A DNA stretch of 64,000 nucleotides from Anaerolineae bacterium (GTDB lineage Bacteria; Chloroflexota; Anaerolineae; VGOG01), in contig JBAWAP010000434.1 in assembly GCA_049589355.1 (NCBI GenBank), positions 177 to 64,176 on the forward strand, written 5' to 3'. The translations under genes and the position numbers were made by a program. This document shows positions 46,260 to 55,807 of the stretch, piece after piece (within the stretch, counting starts at the first letter, position 1; every line of letters starts with the position of its first letter). The notes under the pieces were generated by a model. The model had not been told where the DNA came from and did no database searches. It was given only the letters and a program-made list of their open reading frames with translations.

Positions 46260-48149
46260 CTACACCTCCCTGAACTCGCCCTCCACGGCCTCCCCGCCCT
46301 CAGGGGGCTTCTCCCCCTCGCCTGGCGGAGGCGGGGTGGGGCCAGCTTGCTCGTACATGCTAGCGCCGATCTGTTGCACGGCCATGCCTAGCTCCTGGGT
46401 CCTGCGGCGAATCTCGTTCACGTCCTTGCCCTGCAGGGCGGTGCGCAGGGCGGAAACTTTGCTCTCCACGTCACTTCTCACGTTGGCCGGCACCTTTTCG
46501 CCTTGCTCGCGCAGGGTCTTCTCTGCCACGTAGATGGCCGAGTCGGCGGCGTTACGAGCCTCGGCCTCTTCCTTGCGCTTTCTATCGTCAGCGGCAAACC
46601 GCTCGGCATCCTTGATCATGTGCTCCACCTCGTCCTTGGAGAGGCCGCTAGAGGCGGTGATGCGGATGGACTGCGCGCGGGCCGTGGCCTTGTCCTGTGC
46701 GCTGACGTTCAGGATGCCATCGGCGTCTATGTCGAAGGCCACTTCGATCTGGGGGATGCCCCGCGGTGCGGGGGGGATACCGTCCAAAAGGAAGCGCCCC
46801 AGAGTCTTGTTATCGCCGGCCATGGGCCGTTCGCCCTGCACTACATGGATCTCCACCCCGGTCTGGCCGTCGGCTGCCGTGGAGAAAACCTGGCTCTTGC
46901 GAGTGGGAATGGTGGTATTGCGCTCGATGAGGGCCGTGGCCACGCCGCCCAGGGTCTCGATGGAGAGGGTCAAGGGGGTCACGTCCAAGAGCAGCACGTC
47001 CCTGACCTCGCCGCCCAGGACACCGGCCTGGATGGCCGCCCCCACACCCACTACCTCGTCGGGGTTGACCCCCTTGTGGGGTTCTCTGCCGAAGATCCTC
47101 CTCACTGCCTCCTGGACAGCGGGTGTCCTGGTCTGTCCACCTACCAGGATGGCCTCATCTATGTCTTCAGGTTTGAGCTTAGCGTCAGCCAGGGCCTGTT
47201 GGCAGGGGCCAATGGAGCGCTCGATCAAATCCTCTACCAATTGCTCCAGCTTGGACCGGGTCAGCTTCATGGTCAGGTGCTTGGGCCCCGAGGCATCGGC
47301 GGTGATGAAGGGGAGGTTGATCTCTGTCTCCATCACCGTGGAGAGCTCAATCTTGGCCCTCTCCGCTGCTTCCTTGAGACGTTGCAGGGCCATCCTATCC
47401 TGGCGGAGGTCAATGCCTTGATCCCTCTTGTACTCGTCACAGATCCAATCTATGATCCTCTGATCAAAGTCGTCGCCGCCCAGGAAAGTGTCGCCATTAG
47501 TGGACTTGACCTCGAAGACCCCATCGCCCACGTCCAGGATAGAGATATCGAAGGTGCCGCCGCCCAAGTCGTAGATGGCGATGGTCTCGTCAATCTTCTT
47601 GTCCATACCATAGGCCAGGGATGAGGCGGTGGGCTCGTTGATGATACGCAGCACCTCCAGTCCCGCGATCCTGCCGGCATCTTTGGTGGCCTGGCGCTGA
47701 GAGTCATTGAAGTAGGCGGGCACGGTGATCACCGCCTGGGTGATGGGCTCTCCCAGAAAGGCCTCGGCGTCGGTCTTGATCTTCTGCAAGATCATGGCCG
47801 AGATCTCTGGCGGCGAGTACTCCTTGCCTCCCATTTCGACCCAGGCATCGCCGTTGGGTTTCTCGATGATCTTATAGGGCAATATCTTCTTGGCTCGCTG
47901 CATCTCAGGATCGTTGAACTTGCGTCCCATGAGGCGCTTGATGGAGAAGATAGTGTTATCGGGGTTGGTGACGGCCTGGCGTCGGGCTACCGTTCCCACC
48001 ATGCGTTCTCCCGTCTTGGGGCTAACGGCCACCACCGAGGGGAAGAGCCGTCCTCCCTCGGCGCTGGGGATCACTACTGGTTCACCAGCCTGCATCACCG
48101 CCGCGCAACAGAAAGTAGTTCCTAAATCAATACCGATTATTTTGCTCAT
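46260..48149 (-). CDS. dnaK: Molecular chaperone DnaK (Hsp70)
   Basis: [19 protein letters not shown]...IDLGGGTFD...[24 protein letters not shown]; 629 aa. Confidence 0.97.
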   Translation of the reverse strand: MSKIIGIDLGTTFCCAAVMQAGEPVVIPSAEGGRLFPSVVAVSPKTGERMVGTVARRQAVTNPDNTIFSIKRLMGRKFNDPEMQRAKKILPYKIIEKPNGDAWVEMGGKEYSPPEISAMILQKIKTDAEAFLGEPITQAVITVPAYFNDSQRQATKDAGRIAGLEVLRIINEPTASSLAYGMDKKIDETIAIYDLGGGTFDISILDVGDGVFEVKSTNGDTFLGGDDFDQRIIDWICDEYKRDQGIDLRQDRMALQRLKEAAERAKIELSTVMETEINLPFITADASGPKHLTMKLTRSKLEQLVEDLIERSIGPCQQALADAKLKPEDIDEAILVGGQTRTPAVQEAVRRIFGREPHKGVNPDEVVGVGAAIQAGVLGGEVRDVLLLDVTPLTLSIETLGGVATALIERNTTIPTRKSQVFSTAADGQTGVEIHVVQGERPMAGDNKTLGRFLLDGIPPAPRGIPQIEVAFDIDADGILNVSAQDKATARAQSIRITASSGLSKDEVEHMIKDAERFAADDRKRKEEAEARNAADSAIYVAEKTLREQGEKVPANVRSDVESKVSALRTALQGKDVNEIRRRTQELGMAVQQIGASMYEQAGPTPPPPGEGEKPPEGGEAVEGEFREV

Positions 48150-48227
48150 AGTTTGTTGTTCCTCCCTGTCAAAGTTAGAAAATTTCGAGTTTCGGGTTTG
48201 GGGTTTCGAGTTAAAGTCAAGCGAATC

Positions 48228-48482
48228 TCATGAGGTCAGAGTGCTTTCTTCCAGCGGTAAGACGCGCTCAGTCATTGCCCAAGCTGCGTAGCCGAGGGCC
48301 TGATAGATATCCTCCAACTCCAATTCAGGCCACTCTTCCAGAGCTTCCCCGACCGTCATCCCTGAAGCTAGGTAGCTGAGAAGAGACGTCACCGGCATCC
48401 GCAACCCCCGAATGCATGGCTTGCCGAAACACTTGTTGGGATCAATAGTGATGCGTTCATACTTGTAGTGATGCCATTCCAT
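48228..48482 (-). CDS. DUF433-domain protein inserted between grpE and dnaK
   Basis: ...[30 protein letters not shown]. Confidence 0.5.
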   Translation of the reverse strand: MEWHHYKYERITIDPNKCFGKPCIRGLRMPVTSLLSYLASGMTVGEALEEWPELELEDIYQALGYAAWAMTERVLPLEESTLTS

Positions 48483-48503
48483 TTCAATACTCTCCTTGTC
48501 ACA

Positions 48504-49112
48504 TCAATCAGGACCACCTTCTTGCCCAGGTTCTGACGCCGGTTTCCCTTTGGCCACCCTCACCAGGGCGGGCCGCAGAACCCGGTCGCCGACCTTGTAG
48601 CCCTTCTGCACCTCGCCGATGATCTGGCCCTCCTTGTGCTCTGCGCTCTCCTCGTAGGTGACGGCCTCGTGCAATAGAGGATCGAAGCTCTGGCCTTCCG
48701 TCTCTACGAGAGTCAGTCCTTCCCCTTCCAGGATGGCCTGCAACCGCCGATAGATGAGGGCTACGCCGTCAATCCAGGTAAAGCTAAGCAAGCTCCTGGG
48801 CAGGGTCTGGAAAGCCCGCTCGAAGTCGTCGAAGATGGGTAGGAGCCTGGTGATGAGGGTTGCGCTGGCCAGTTTGAACATGTCTTGACGTTCCTGCTCG
48901 TTGCGCTTTTTGTAGTTGGCGAATTCGGCCCTCGCCCGCTGCCAGCCATCTAGATATTCAGCCGCCTGGGCTTTGGCCTCCTCCAGCTCTTGACGCAGAG
49001 CCTCCAGCTCAGAGACCTCCTCGACCTCAACGGCCTCTTCGATTTCTTCCGCAACCTTTTCTGCTACGGCAGCCTCCGCAGCGGCTTCTTCAACTTTTTC
49101 TTCCTTTGTCAC
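48504..49112 (-). CDS. grpE: Nucleotide exchange factor GrpE
   Basis: Coiled-coil N-terminus. ...KRNEQERQDMFKLASATLITRLLPIFDDFERA...GQIIGEVQKGYKVGDRVLRPALVRVAKG. Confidence 0.9.
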   Translation of the reverse strand: MTKEEKVEEAAAEAAVAEKVAEEIEEAVEVEEVSELEALRQELEEAKAQAAEYLDGWQRARAEFANYKKRNEQERQDMFKLASATLITRLLPIFDDFERAFQTLPRSLLSFTWIDGVALIYRRLQAILEGEGLTLVETEGQSFDPLLHEAVTYEESAEHKEGQIIGEVQKGYKVGDRVLRPALVRVAKGKPASEPGQEGGPD

Positions 49113-49130
49113 TCTATCGGACCTCCCTGA

Positions 49131-50162
49131 TCAGTATCCGTACAGCTCGTGAATCAATTCGCTCATCAGGTTAGATACGTAACGGACGGCGGAGATGGCT
49201 CTCCCGTAGGGCATGCGTCTGGGACCCAGAACCCCCAGGTCCCCCGTGGCGTGGCTGCTCACGCCGTACCGGGACAGTACCAGGCTGCAGTCGCTCAGCT
49301 CCTCCCAAGGCCCCTCTCCCCCGATGATAACCTGCACGCCGCCCACTGCCGCAGCCAGAACATCAGCTAGAATTGCCTCTAAGAAGCTGCTTTCTTCTAA
49401 AAGCCCGAATACCTGGCGAGCGCTTTGGCCCTCGGCGAACTCGGGCTGTTGCAGGATGTTGATCAGACCGTCACGGTATATCTCGCTGCGGGCACGACCA
49501 TCCAATCGCCCCATCATCTCCACCACAAGCTCCCCCACCTGGGCCTCCAAAGGGGTCAAGCGCGCGATCTGGGCCGTGACCCCATCGGCGGTTAAGCCAC
49601 CGAAGAGGTCGTTCAAGTGGGTTGCCATCTGGCTCAACTCCTCTTGAGATAGGGTCCGAGCCAAAGCCAGGGTTCGCTGCTTGACCGTTCCCCCCTGCAG
49701 GACTAGGACCACCAGGGCCAACGAATCGCGGATGGAAATCAGCTCTAAGTGTTTGAAAAGACATTGGGAAGCGGAGGGGGCCGTAATCCACGACACGCTG
49801 TGTGCAGCCTGAGCCAGTACTGACGCCGAGAGCTTCAGGCACTGGTCCATCTCGGGGCGCACCTGGTGAAATTGATGGCGGATCATGCGCCGCTCGGCCA
49901 AAGGCAACTCTGTCTCTCCCAAGAGGCGTTCGACGAAATAGCGGTAGCCTGTGTCAGTGGGGATACGTCCTGCCGAGGTGTGAGGGTGAGTCAAGTATCC
50001 GGACTCTTCTAAACGGGCCATCTCGTTGCGCACCGTGGCTGAACTGATGCCCAGGCCATAAGCCTCGACGATGGACTTTGAACTAACCGGCGTAGCTGTA
50101 TCCGTATATTCCCGTACCACCAAGCCCAATATGGCTTGCTGTCTAGCTGTCAAATCCTCCAT
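49131..50162 (-). CDS. hrcA: Heat-inducible transcription repressor HrcA
   Basis: MEDLTARQQAILGLVVREYTDTATPVSSKSIVEAYGLGISSATVRNEMARLEESGYLTHPHTSAGRIPTDTGYRYFV. Confidence 0.92.
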   Translation of the reverse strand: MEDLTARQQAILGLVVREYTDTATPVSSKSIVEAYGLGISSATVRNEMARLEESGYLTHPHTSAGRIPTDTGYRYFVERLLGETELPLAERRMIRHQFHQVRPEMDQCLKLSASVLAQAAHSVSWITAPSASQCLFKHLELISIRDSLALVVLVLQGGTVKQRTLALARTLSQEELSQMATHLNDLFGGLTADGVTAQIARLTPLEAQVGELVVEMMGRLDGRARSEIYRDGLINILQQPEFAEGQSARQVFGLLEESSFLEAILADVLAAAVGGVQVIIGGEGPWEELSDCSLVLSRYGVSSHATGDLGVLGPRRMPYGRAISAVRYVSNLMSELIHELYGY

Positions 50163-50187
50163 GTGCAGATCTCACCAAGGGGAGTTC

Positions 50188-50214
50188 TTAGCACTCTTGA
50201 TATTAGAGTGCTAA
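50188..50214 (-). promoter_or_regulatory. CIRCE operator (TTAGCACTC-N9-GAGTGCTAA), HrcA binding site
   Basis: Perfect consensus inverted repeat 26 nt upstream of the hrcA ATG. Confidence 0.9.
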
Positions 50215-50320
50215 AAGCAATGATACCACTAAGTACCTATCCTGTCAAGTGCTCTGGGGTGGGGAACAAAGGTATGGAGATAATGTACAAACACCACTCT
50301 GCTCCTCAGTTGAGGTGCGA

Positions 50321-50944
50321 TCAAACCCACTCCACGTCGCCGCATATTTCCGGCGAGCGCGGGCGGGCCATGAACGCTTCAAAGGCCGGCCGGACAGCAC
50401 CAATGGTGCTCTCCTCGCCGTGGCCGGGATAAAAAGTGGTATCGTTGGGCCAGGTAAAGACTTTGTCACGCAGGCTGGCGAGAATCTGGGCCAGAGCTTC
50501 GGGCGTCTTGGAGTGGCCCGGCCCGCCGGGGAACAACGTATCGCCGACGATGGCGCACTCCCCGAAACGGAAGCAGACGCTCCCCGGCGTGTGCCCCGGG
50601 GTGTGCACCACGGTCAATTCTCCACCCCCTAGCGTCAGAACGTCACCGTCACCGAGGTCGAAATCGCCGACGATGCCAAATTCGGCTGCGTCGGCTGGGT
50701 GGAGGCCCAGGGGCGCACCTGTGGCCTGGCACACCGCATCAAGGGCCTGAGCGTGATCGGGGTGGCTGTGGGTAAGCAAGATGGCTTTGACGGCTGTGCC
50801 CTCGGCAACAGCCAGGATACGGTCCGGCTCGGCGGCCGGGTCCACGATGATGCTCTCTCCACCGCTGATGAGCACGTAGCAGTTGGTGCTCCATTCGCCC
50901 AGAGACAGGGTAATCAGTTGAAAGGAGTACTCTTTCGCTCCCAT
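50321..50944 (-). CDS. MBL-fold metallo-hydrolase (glyoxalase II-like)
   Basis: ILLTHSHPDHAQAL (HxHxDH motif), ...GHTPGS.... Confidence 0.75.
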   Translation of the reverse strand: MGAKEYSFQLITLSLGEWSTNCYVLISGGESIIVDPAAEPDRILAVAEGTAVKAILLTHSHPDHAQALDAVCQATGAPLGLHPADAAEFGIVGDFDLGDGDVLTLGGGELTVVHTPGHTPGSVCFRFGECAIVGDTLFPGGPGHSKTPEALAQILASLRDKVFTWPNDTTFYPGHGEESTIGAVRPAFEAFMARPRSPEICGDVEWV

Positions 50945-52276
50945 CTATGCTCCCCAACCAGCAACGATTTGACGGGCCATCTCTCTCGCACGGGCGAAGA
51001 TCTCACCCTCATCGAGGGTCAGGAGTACGCGATCCCGCATCACGACCCGCCCATCAATGATGACCGTGCGCACATCGCTGGAATGGGCGGCATAAACCAG
51101 GTGCGAGGTAACGTTGTACACTGGCACCATGTGTGGCACGTCCAGGTCCAGAATGATCATGTCCCCACGCTTCCCAACCTCTAGCGAGCCCAGCCGATCA
51201 TCCAACCCCAGCACGCGAGCCGCTTCCAGGGTGGCCATGCTCAGCGCCTGACGGGCAGGCATCGCCGTGGGATCGCCAGCTATCATCTTGTGCACCTTGG
51301 CAGCGGTTCCCACTTCGCCAAACATGTCCAGGTCGTTGTTGCTGGCCGCGCCATCGGTCCCCAGCCCAACCTTGACGCCCGCCTCCAGCAGCTTGGGCAC
51401 TGGAGTGAAGCCAGAGGCTAGCTTCAACTGGCTCTCCGGGCAGTGGACCACGCCAGCGTTGTATTGAGCCAGCAGTTCGATGTCCTCGTCTGTCAAATGC
51501 ACGCCGTGAATGGCTACGGTGGTGGGCCCCAGGAGACCCAGGTCTGCCAGGCGACCCACAGGCGTGTGTCCGTACTTCTCGATGCTCTCCTGCACCTCGC
51601 TCTGGGTCTCCGATACGTGGAGCAGGTAGGGCGCACCGTACTGATCGGCCAGCGCCTTGGCCTGCTGCATCAGATCCGATGAGGCGGCATACGGACTATG
51701 CGGTTGGACCGAGGGAATCACCAGGGAATCATCATGCCATTCGCTCAGCAGGTGTTCTGTATAGTTGAGCTGATCCTCCGGGGTCTTACAATTGGCCGTT
51801 GGAAAGTCCACCAGCGCCTCCCCGATAACCACGCGAATACCGGCCTCCTTGCACGCTTCGGCGATGTCATCCTCGAAGTAATACATATCGCAAAACAGGA
51901 CAGTGCCAGAGCGAATCATCTCCGCCGCTGCAAGCTGAGTGCCCAGGCGAACGAAATCCGGGCTGAGCAATTTAGTCTCTGCGGGCCAGATGTACTTGTA
52001 CAACCAGGTCTCCAACGGAAGATCGTCGGCAATCCCCCGAAAGAGGGTCATCGGGGCATGGGTGTGGGCGTTGATAAGGCCAGGCATGACTAGCTTGTCG
52101 CTGGCATCTATCCGCTCCCGCCCGCGATATACCCGCTCTACCTCCTCGCGGGGCCCCAGGCCAACGATAGCTCCCCCGTCCACAGCCACCACCCCTGGGT
52201 CATAGATGTTCCAATCCCGATCAGCGGTCAACACGATACCGCCGACTACCACCAGATCAGCTTCGTGCGAAACCAT
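50945..52276 (-). CDS. Amidohydrolase, MtaD-like (5-methylthioadenosine/S-adenosylhomocysteine deaminase family); tandem duplicate, copy B
   Basis: ...PGLINAHTHAPMTLFRGIADDLPLETWL...HVSET.... Long near-identical protein stretches shared with 52342..53670. Confidence 0.7.
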   Translation of the reverse strand: MVSHEADLVVVGGIVLTADRDWNIYDPGVVAVDGGAIVGLGPREEVERVYRGRERIDASDKLVMPGLINAHTHAPMTLFRGIADDLPLETWLYKYIWPAETKLLSPDFVRLGTQLAAAEMIRSGTVLFCDMYYFEDDIAEACKEAGIRVVIGEALVDFPTANCKTPEDQLNYTEHLLSEWHDDSLVIPSVQPHSPYAASSDLMQQAKALADQYGAPYLLHVSETQSEVQESIEKYGHTPVGRLADLGLLGPTTVAIHGVHLTDEDIELLAQYNAGVVHCPESQLKLASGFTPVPKLLEAGVKVGLGTDGAASNNDLDMFGEVGTAAKVHKMIAGDPTAMPARQALSMATLEAARVLGLDDRLGSLEVGKRGDMIILDLDVPHMVPVYNVTSHLVYAAHSSDVRTVIIDGRVVMRDRVLLTLDEGEIFARAREMARQIVAGWGA

Positions 52277-52341
52277 TCATGAACCTCCCTATAGCGCTCG
52301 ATTTTCGATTGCCGATTGGCGATTTTCGATTCAGAAAGACG

Positions 52342-53670
52342 CTACCTCAACCCAGTAGCGATCTCACGGGCCATCTCCCTCGCCTGGACAAATATCTCTT
52401 CCTCATCCAGGGTCAAGAGTTCTCGATCCCGCATCACGACCCGCCCATCAATAATAACAGTGCGCACATCGCTGGAATGGGCGGCATAAACCAGGTGTGA
52501 AGTGACGTTGTACACTGGCACCATGTGCGGCACGTCCAGGTCCAGAATGATCATGTCCCCACGCTTCCCAACCCCCAGCGAGCCCAGCCGATCATCCAAG
52601 CCCAGCACGCGAGCCGCTTCCAGAGTAGCCATGCTCAGCGCCTGACGGGCAGGCATCGTCGTGGGGTCGCCAGCTATCATCTTGTGCACCTTGGCCGCCG
52701 TTCCCACTTCGCCAAACATGTCCAGGTCGTTGTTGCTGGCCGCGCCATCGGTTCCCAGCCCAACCTTCACCCCCGCCTCCAGCAGCTTCGGCACGGGAGT
52801 GAAGCCAGAGGCTAGCTTCAATTGACTCTCCGGGCAGTGAATCACGCCAGCATCGTGCTGAGCCAGTAGTTCGATGTCCTCGCCTGTCAAATGCACGCCG
52901 TGAATGGCTACGGTGGTGGGCCCCAGGAGACCCAGGTCTGCCAGGCGACCAATGGGTGTGCGCCCGTGCTTCTCGATGCTCTCCTGCACCTCGCTCTGGG
53001 TCTCCGACACGTGGAGCAGGTAGGGCACACCGTACCGATCAGCTAACTCTTTCCCTGCCCGCATTAGGCTCGACGAGGCAGCGTATGGACTGTGCGGCTG
53101 GATCGAAGGAATCACCAGCGAATCGTCACCCCATTTCTGTAGCAAGTACTCATTGCGTTCCAGCCCCTCCTCGGGGGTCTTGTAATCGGGATTGGGAAAG
53201 TCCACCAACCCCTCCCCGATAACCACGCGAAGGCCGGCCTCCTTGCACGCTTCGGCGATGTCGTCTTCGAAGAAGTACATGTCACAGAACAGGACGGTGC
53301 CAGAGCGGATCATCTCCGCCGCTGCAAGCTGAGTGCCCAGGCGGACGAAGTCCGGGCCGACCCATTTAGCCTCCGCAGGCCAGATGTAGTCATACAGCCA
53401 GGTCTCCAACGGAAGATCGTCGGCGATCCCCCGAAAAAGGGTCATCGGGGCATGGGTGTGGGCGTTGATCAGGCCAGGCATGACCAGCCTGCTGCTGGCG
53501 TCAATCCGCTCCCGCCCGCGATACGTCCGCTCTATCTCCTCCCGTGGCCCCAGGCCAACGATGGCTCCCCTGTCCACAGCCACCGCTCCTGGGTCATACA
53601 TGTTCCAATCCTGATCAGCGGTCAGCACCACGCCACCAGCTACCACCAGATCAACTTCTTGCAAAGCCAC
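52342..53670 (-). CDS. Amidohydrolase, MtaD-like; tandem duplicate, copy A
   Basis: Same motifs as copy B. Separated from it by the heptamer array (CGATTTT CGATTGC CGATTGG CGATTTT CGATTCA). Confidence 0.7.
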   Translation of the reverse strand: MALQEVDLVVAGGVVLTADQDWNMYDPGAVAVDRGAIVGLGPREEIERTYRGRERIDASSRLVMPGLINAHTHAPMTLFRGIADDLPLETWLYDYIWPAEAKWVGPDFVRLGTQLAAAEMIRSGTVLFCDMYFFEDDIAEACKEAGLRVVIGEGLVDFPNPDYKTPEEGLERNEYLLQKWGDDSLVIPSIQPHSPYAASSSLMRAGKELADRYGVPYLLHVSETQSEVQESIEKHGRTPIGRLADLGLLGPTTVAIHGVHLTGEDIELLAQHDAGVIHCPESQLKLASGFTPVPKLLEAGVKVGLGTDGAASNNDLDMFGEVGTAAKVHKMIAGDPTTMPARQALSMATLEAARVLGLDDRLGSLGVGKRGDMIILDLDVPHMVPVYNVTSHLVYAAHSSDVRTVIIDGRVVMRDRELLTLDEEEIFVQAREMAREIATGLR

Positions 53671-53742
53671 TCATTGGCCTCCCCATCTTCACGATCTTCG
53701 CGTTTGACGTTTCACGTCCCATCGGCAGCTCTGGTCTCATGT

Positions 53743-54660
53743 TCAAACAAGCACTCTTAGCGCCCGTGGGATTATCTGAAAAGTCGCTGGTGCCTCGCCT
53801 ATCAACTCCCCCTCAGCTTGGAGGAACATGCGCTCTCGGGCTTCGACATGGATCTCCCTGGCGTGGCAGAGGCTAACCTTGGGGTGAGTCAAGTGAGTGC
53901 CCTTGTAGAGCCGAGGTAGGTTCACAACGACCTCTAGCTTGTTCAGGTTGCCCAGGATGACCACGTCGAAGATGCCATCGTCGAGCGAGGCCCCGGGCGC
54001 AACGAACATGCCCCCGCCGAAGTAGCGCCCATTGCAAACGATAACCGAATTGAGCCGCCCCCTCAAGTGCTGGCCGTCGAAGGAAAGCTCTACGTTTTTG
54101 TTCCGATAGGTCACTAAACTGGTGAAGAGACACGCCAGGTAAGTGATAGTGCCTCCCAGAACCTTGGGGCTGCGGTTCGCCAACTCGGCCACCTCGCCGT
54201 CAAAGCCCAGGCCGGCCACATTGATGAAATAACGCTCCACTTCTTGCCCTTGGCGGAGGCAGGTTATTCTACCCAAGTCTACAAGGCGGGTCTCGAAACG
54301 CAGGAGTTGGCGACAGGCCCCCACGTAATCGCGGGGAATGCCCACTGTGCGCGAGAAGTCGGCTCCCGTGCCGCAGGGGATAATGCCCAGGGTTACCTCT
54401 GGGTCAACAGCTCCCTCCTCCACCAGGCCGTTGAGCACCTCGTTGACAGTGCCGTCCCCGCCCACGGCCACGATGGTTCGATAACCATCGTCCAGGGCCT
54501 GCCGAGCCAACCGTGTAGCATGTCCAGGCTCCTCAGTGAGAATGGCATCGAACTTGGCTCCCTCAGCCTGTAGGAAGTCGCATACGCGCGTCCAGTTCCT
54601 GCCCACAGCGCCGTTGGCCGCCACCGGGTTTACGATCAGTTTCATTTCTTCCCTCGCCAT
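53743..54660 (-). CDS. Diacylglycerol kinase-family lipid kinase (YegS/BmrU-like)
   Basis: Start MAREEMKLIVNPVAANG at ATG 54660 with GGAGG 8 nt upstream. ...VAVGGDGTVNEV... Confidence 0.75.
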   Translation of the reverse strand: MAREEMKLIVNPVAANGAVGRNWTRVCDFLQAEGAKFDAILTEEPGHATRLARQALDDGYRTIVAVGGDGTVNEVLNGLVEEGAVDPEVTLGIIPCGTGADFSRTVGIPRDYVGACRQLLRFETRLVDLGRITCLRQGQEVERYFINVAGLGFDGEVAELANRSPKVLGGTITYLACLFTSLVTYRNKNVELSFDGQHLRGRLNSVIVCNGRYFGGGMFVAPGASLDDGIFDVVILGNLNKLEVVVNLPRLYKGTHLTHPKVSLCHAREIHVEARERMFLQAEGELIGEAPATFQIIPRALRVLV

Positions 54661-54796
54661 CGCTCCACCTCCTAAGAACCCCACCAAAGACCTCCGAGGT
54701 TTCCTTAGTCGTGCTCGTTTGCGTCTTCCACTCCGCATTTTGCGCCACGATATGACCGAATCTGCGGTCAAAACCTCGGAGGTCTGGACACTTTTC

Positions 54797-55129
54797 TTAC
54801 GGCCGTTGGAAGAGGTTGAGGAATTTCATCACCAAGCCCACGTTGCCTTTGACTTTGATCCTGCCCATCATGAACGACCTCATGACGTCGAGTTCCCCCT
54901 TGACCAGGGCCACATAATCAGCGACAGCGAGGCTTATGGTTGCATCGGGATCAGCGACAATCCCTTCTTTGACCTGGCACTGCTGATTGGCGATCTCCAA
55001 CACCCAATTGCCACCGCCTTCGCCAGTTAACTCGAACTGATAAGTGGCCTTGAGGCCCTCGGCCCTCTCAGGCAGAAAAGCGCTAGGCATGGCCTCGATA
55101 ATCTCCTTGGCTGTATCAGGTATCGGCAC
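54797..55129 (-). CDS. SCP2 sterol-binding domain protein
   Basis: ...ATYQFELTGEGGGNWVLEI...MGRIKVKGNVGLVMKFLNLF. Confidence 0.65.
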   Translation of the reverse strand: MPIPDTAKEIIEAMPSAFLPERAEGLKATYQFELTGEGGGNWVLEIANQQCQVKEGIVADPDATISLAVADYVALVKGELDVMRSFMMGRIKVKGNVGLVMKFLNLFQRP

Positions 55130-55211
55130 CTTTCACCTCCCCGGATTTTGTGGTTTGGACTATCTATTGCGGAGAAGTATATCACGTATATGCCTTCGTT
55201 GTCAACCTGAA

Positions 55212-55240
55212 TTGACATCTGCCTAGGAGGATGATAAAAT
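55212..55240 (+). promoter_or_regulatory. Consensus sigma70-like promoter TTGACA-N17-TAAAAT
   Basis: -35 at 55212..55217, -10 at 55235..55240, 17-nt spacer, about 75 nt upstream of the ATG at 55317 (AAGGAGG RBS). Confidence 0.6.
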
Positions 55241-55316
55241 AAGGCTGGCCTGAGCCCTCTGATGCGTAGTGGGGCTGGCCAGACCAAGATCTAAACAATA
55301 AGGAGGCAAAAGTACG

Positions 55317-55751
55317 ATGGAAGCGAAGGAAACTAGCGAAGAGCTCAAGGCACCCTCCCGGGAAGTTTTCGGGAAGGTCGAGACCACCAGTGATGAGAGG
55401 ACGTGGGCTATATTGGCGCACGTGAGCATTCTCCTGGGAGCGATCACCGTCGGCCTTCTAGGGCCTGTGGCCGCTTTCGTCATCTGGTTGGTTAAGAAAG
55501 AGGAATCGGAGTACGTGGCCAAACAGGCCCTGCAGTCCTTGATCTATCAGATCGTGGTAGGGGTGCTGTCGTGGATCATGTGGGGCGCCATAGTGGTGCT
55601 TTCTATAGCTGTGATCGGCATCTGTTTAATACCTATAGGCCTGCTACTAGACCTGGCGGCCATTGGATATAGTTGCTATGGGGCCTACATTTGCTCCCTG
55701 GGCCAAGAGTTCAGGTATCCCATAATTTGGGACATGGTTGCAACCAAGTAG
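55317..55751 (+). CDS. DUF4870-like small membrane protein
   Basis: ...ERTWAILAHVSILLGAITVGLLGPVAAFVIWLV..., three TM segments. Confidence 0.5.
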   Translation: MEAKETSEELKAPSREVFGKVETTSDERTWAILAHVSILLGAITVGLLGPVAAFVIWLVKKEESEYVAKQALQSLIYQIVVGVLSWIMWGAIVVLSIAVIGICLIPIGLLLDLAAIGYSCYGAYICSLGQEFRYPIIWDMVATK

Positions 55752-55807
55752 CAACGCTACCCGGATTTTCAAACACTCAGCCATCGGCATCTGAAAGGGA
55801 ATTGCCG

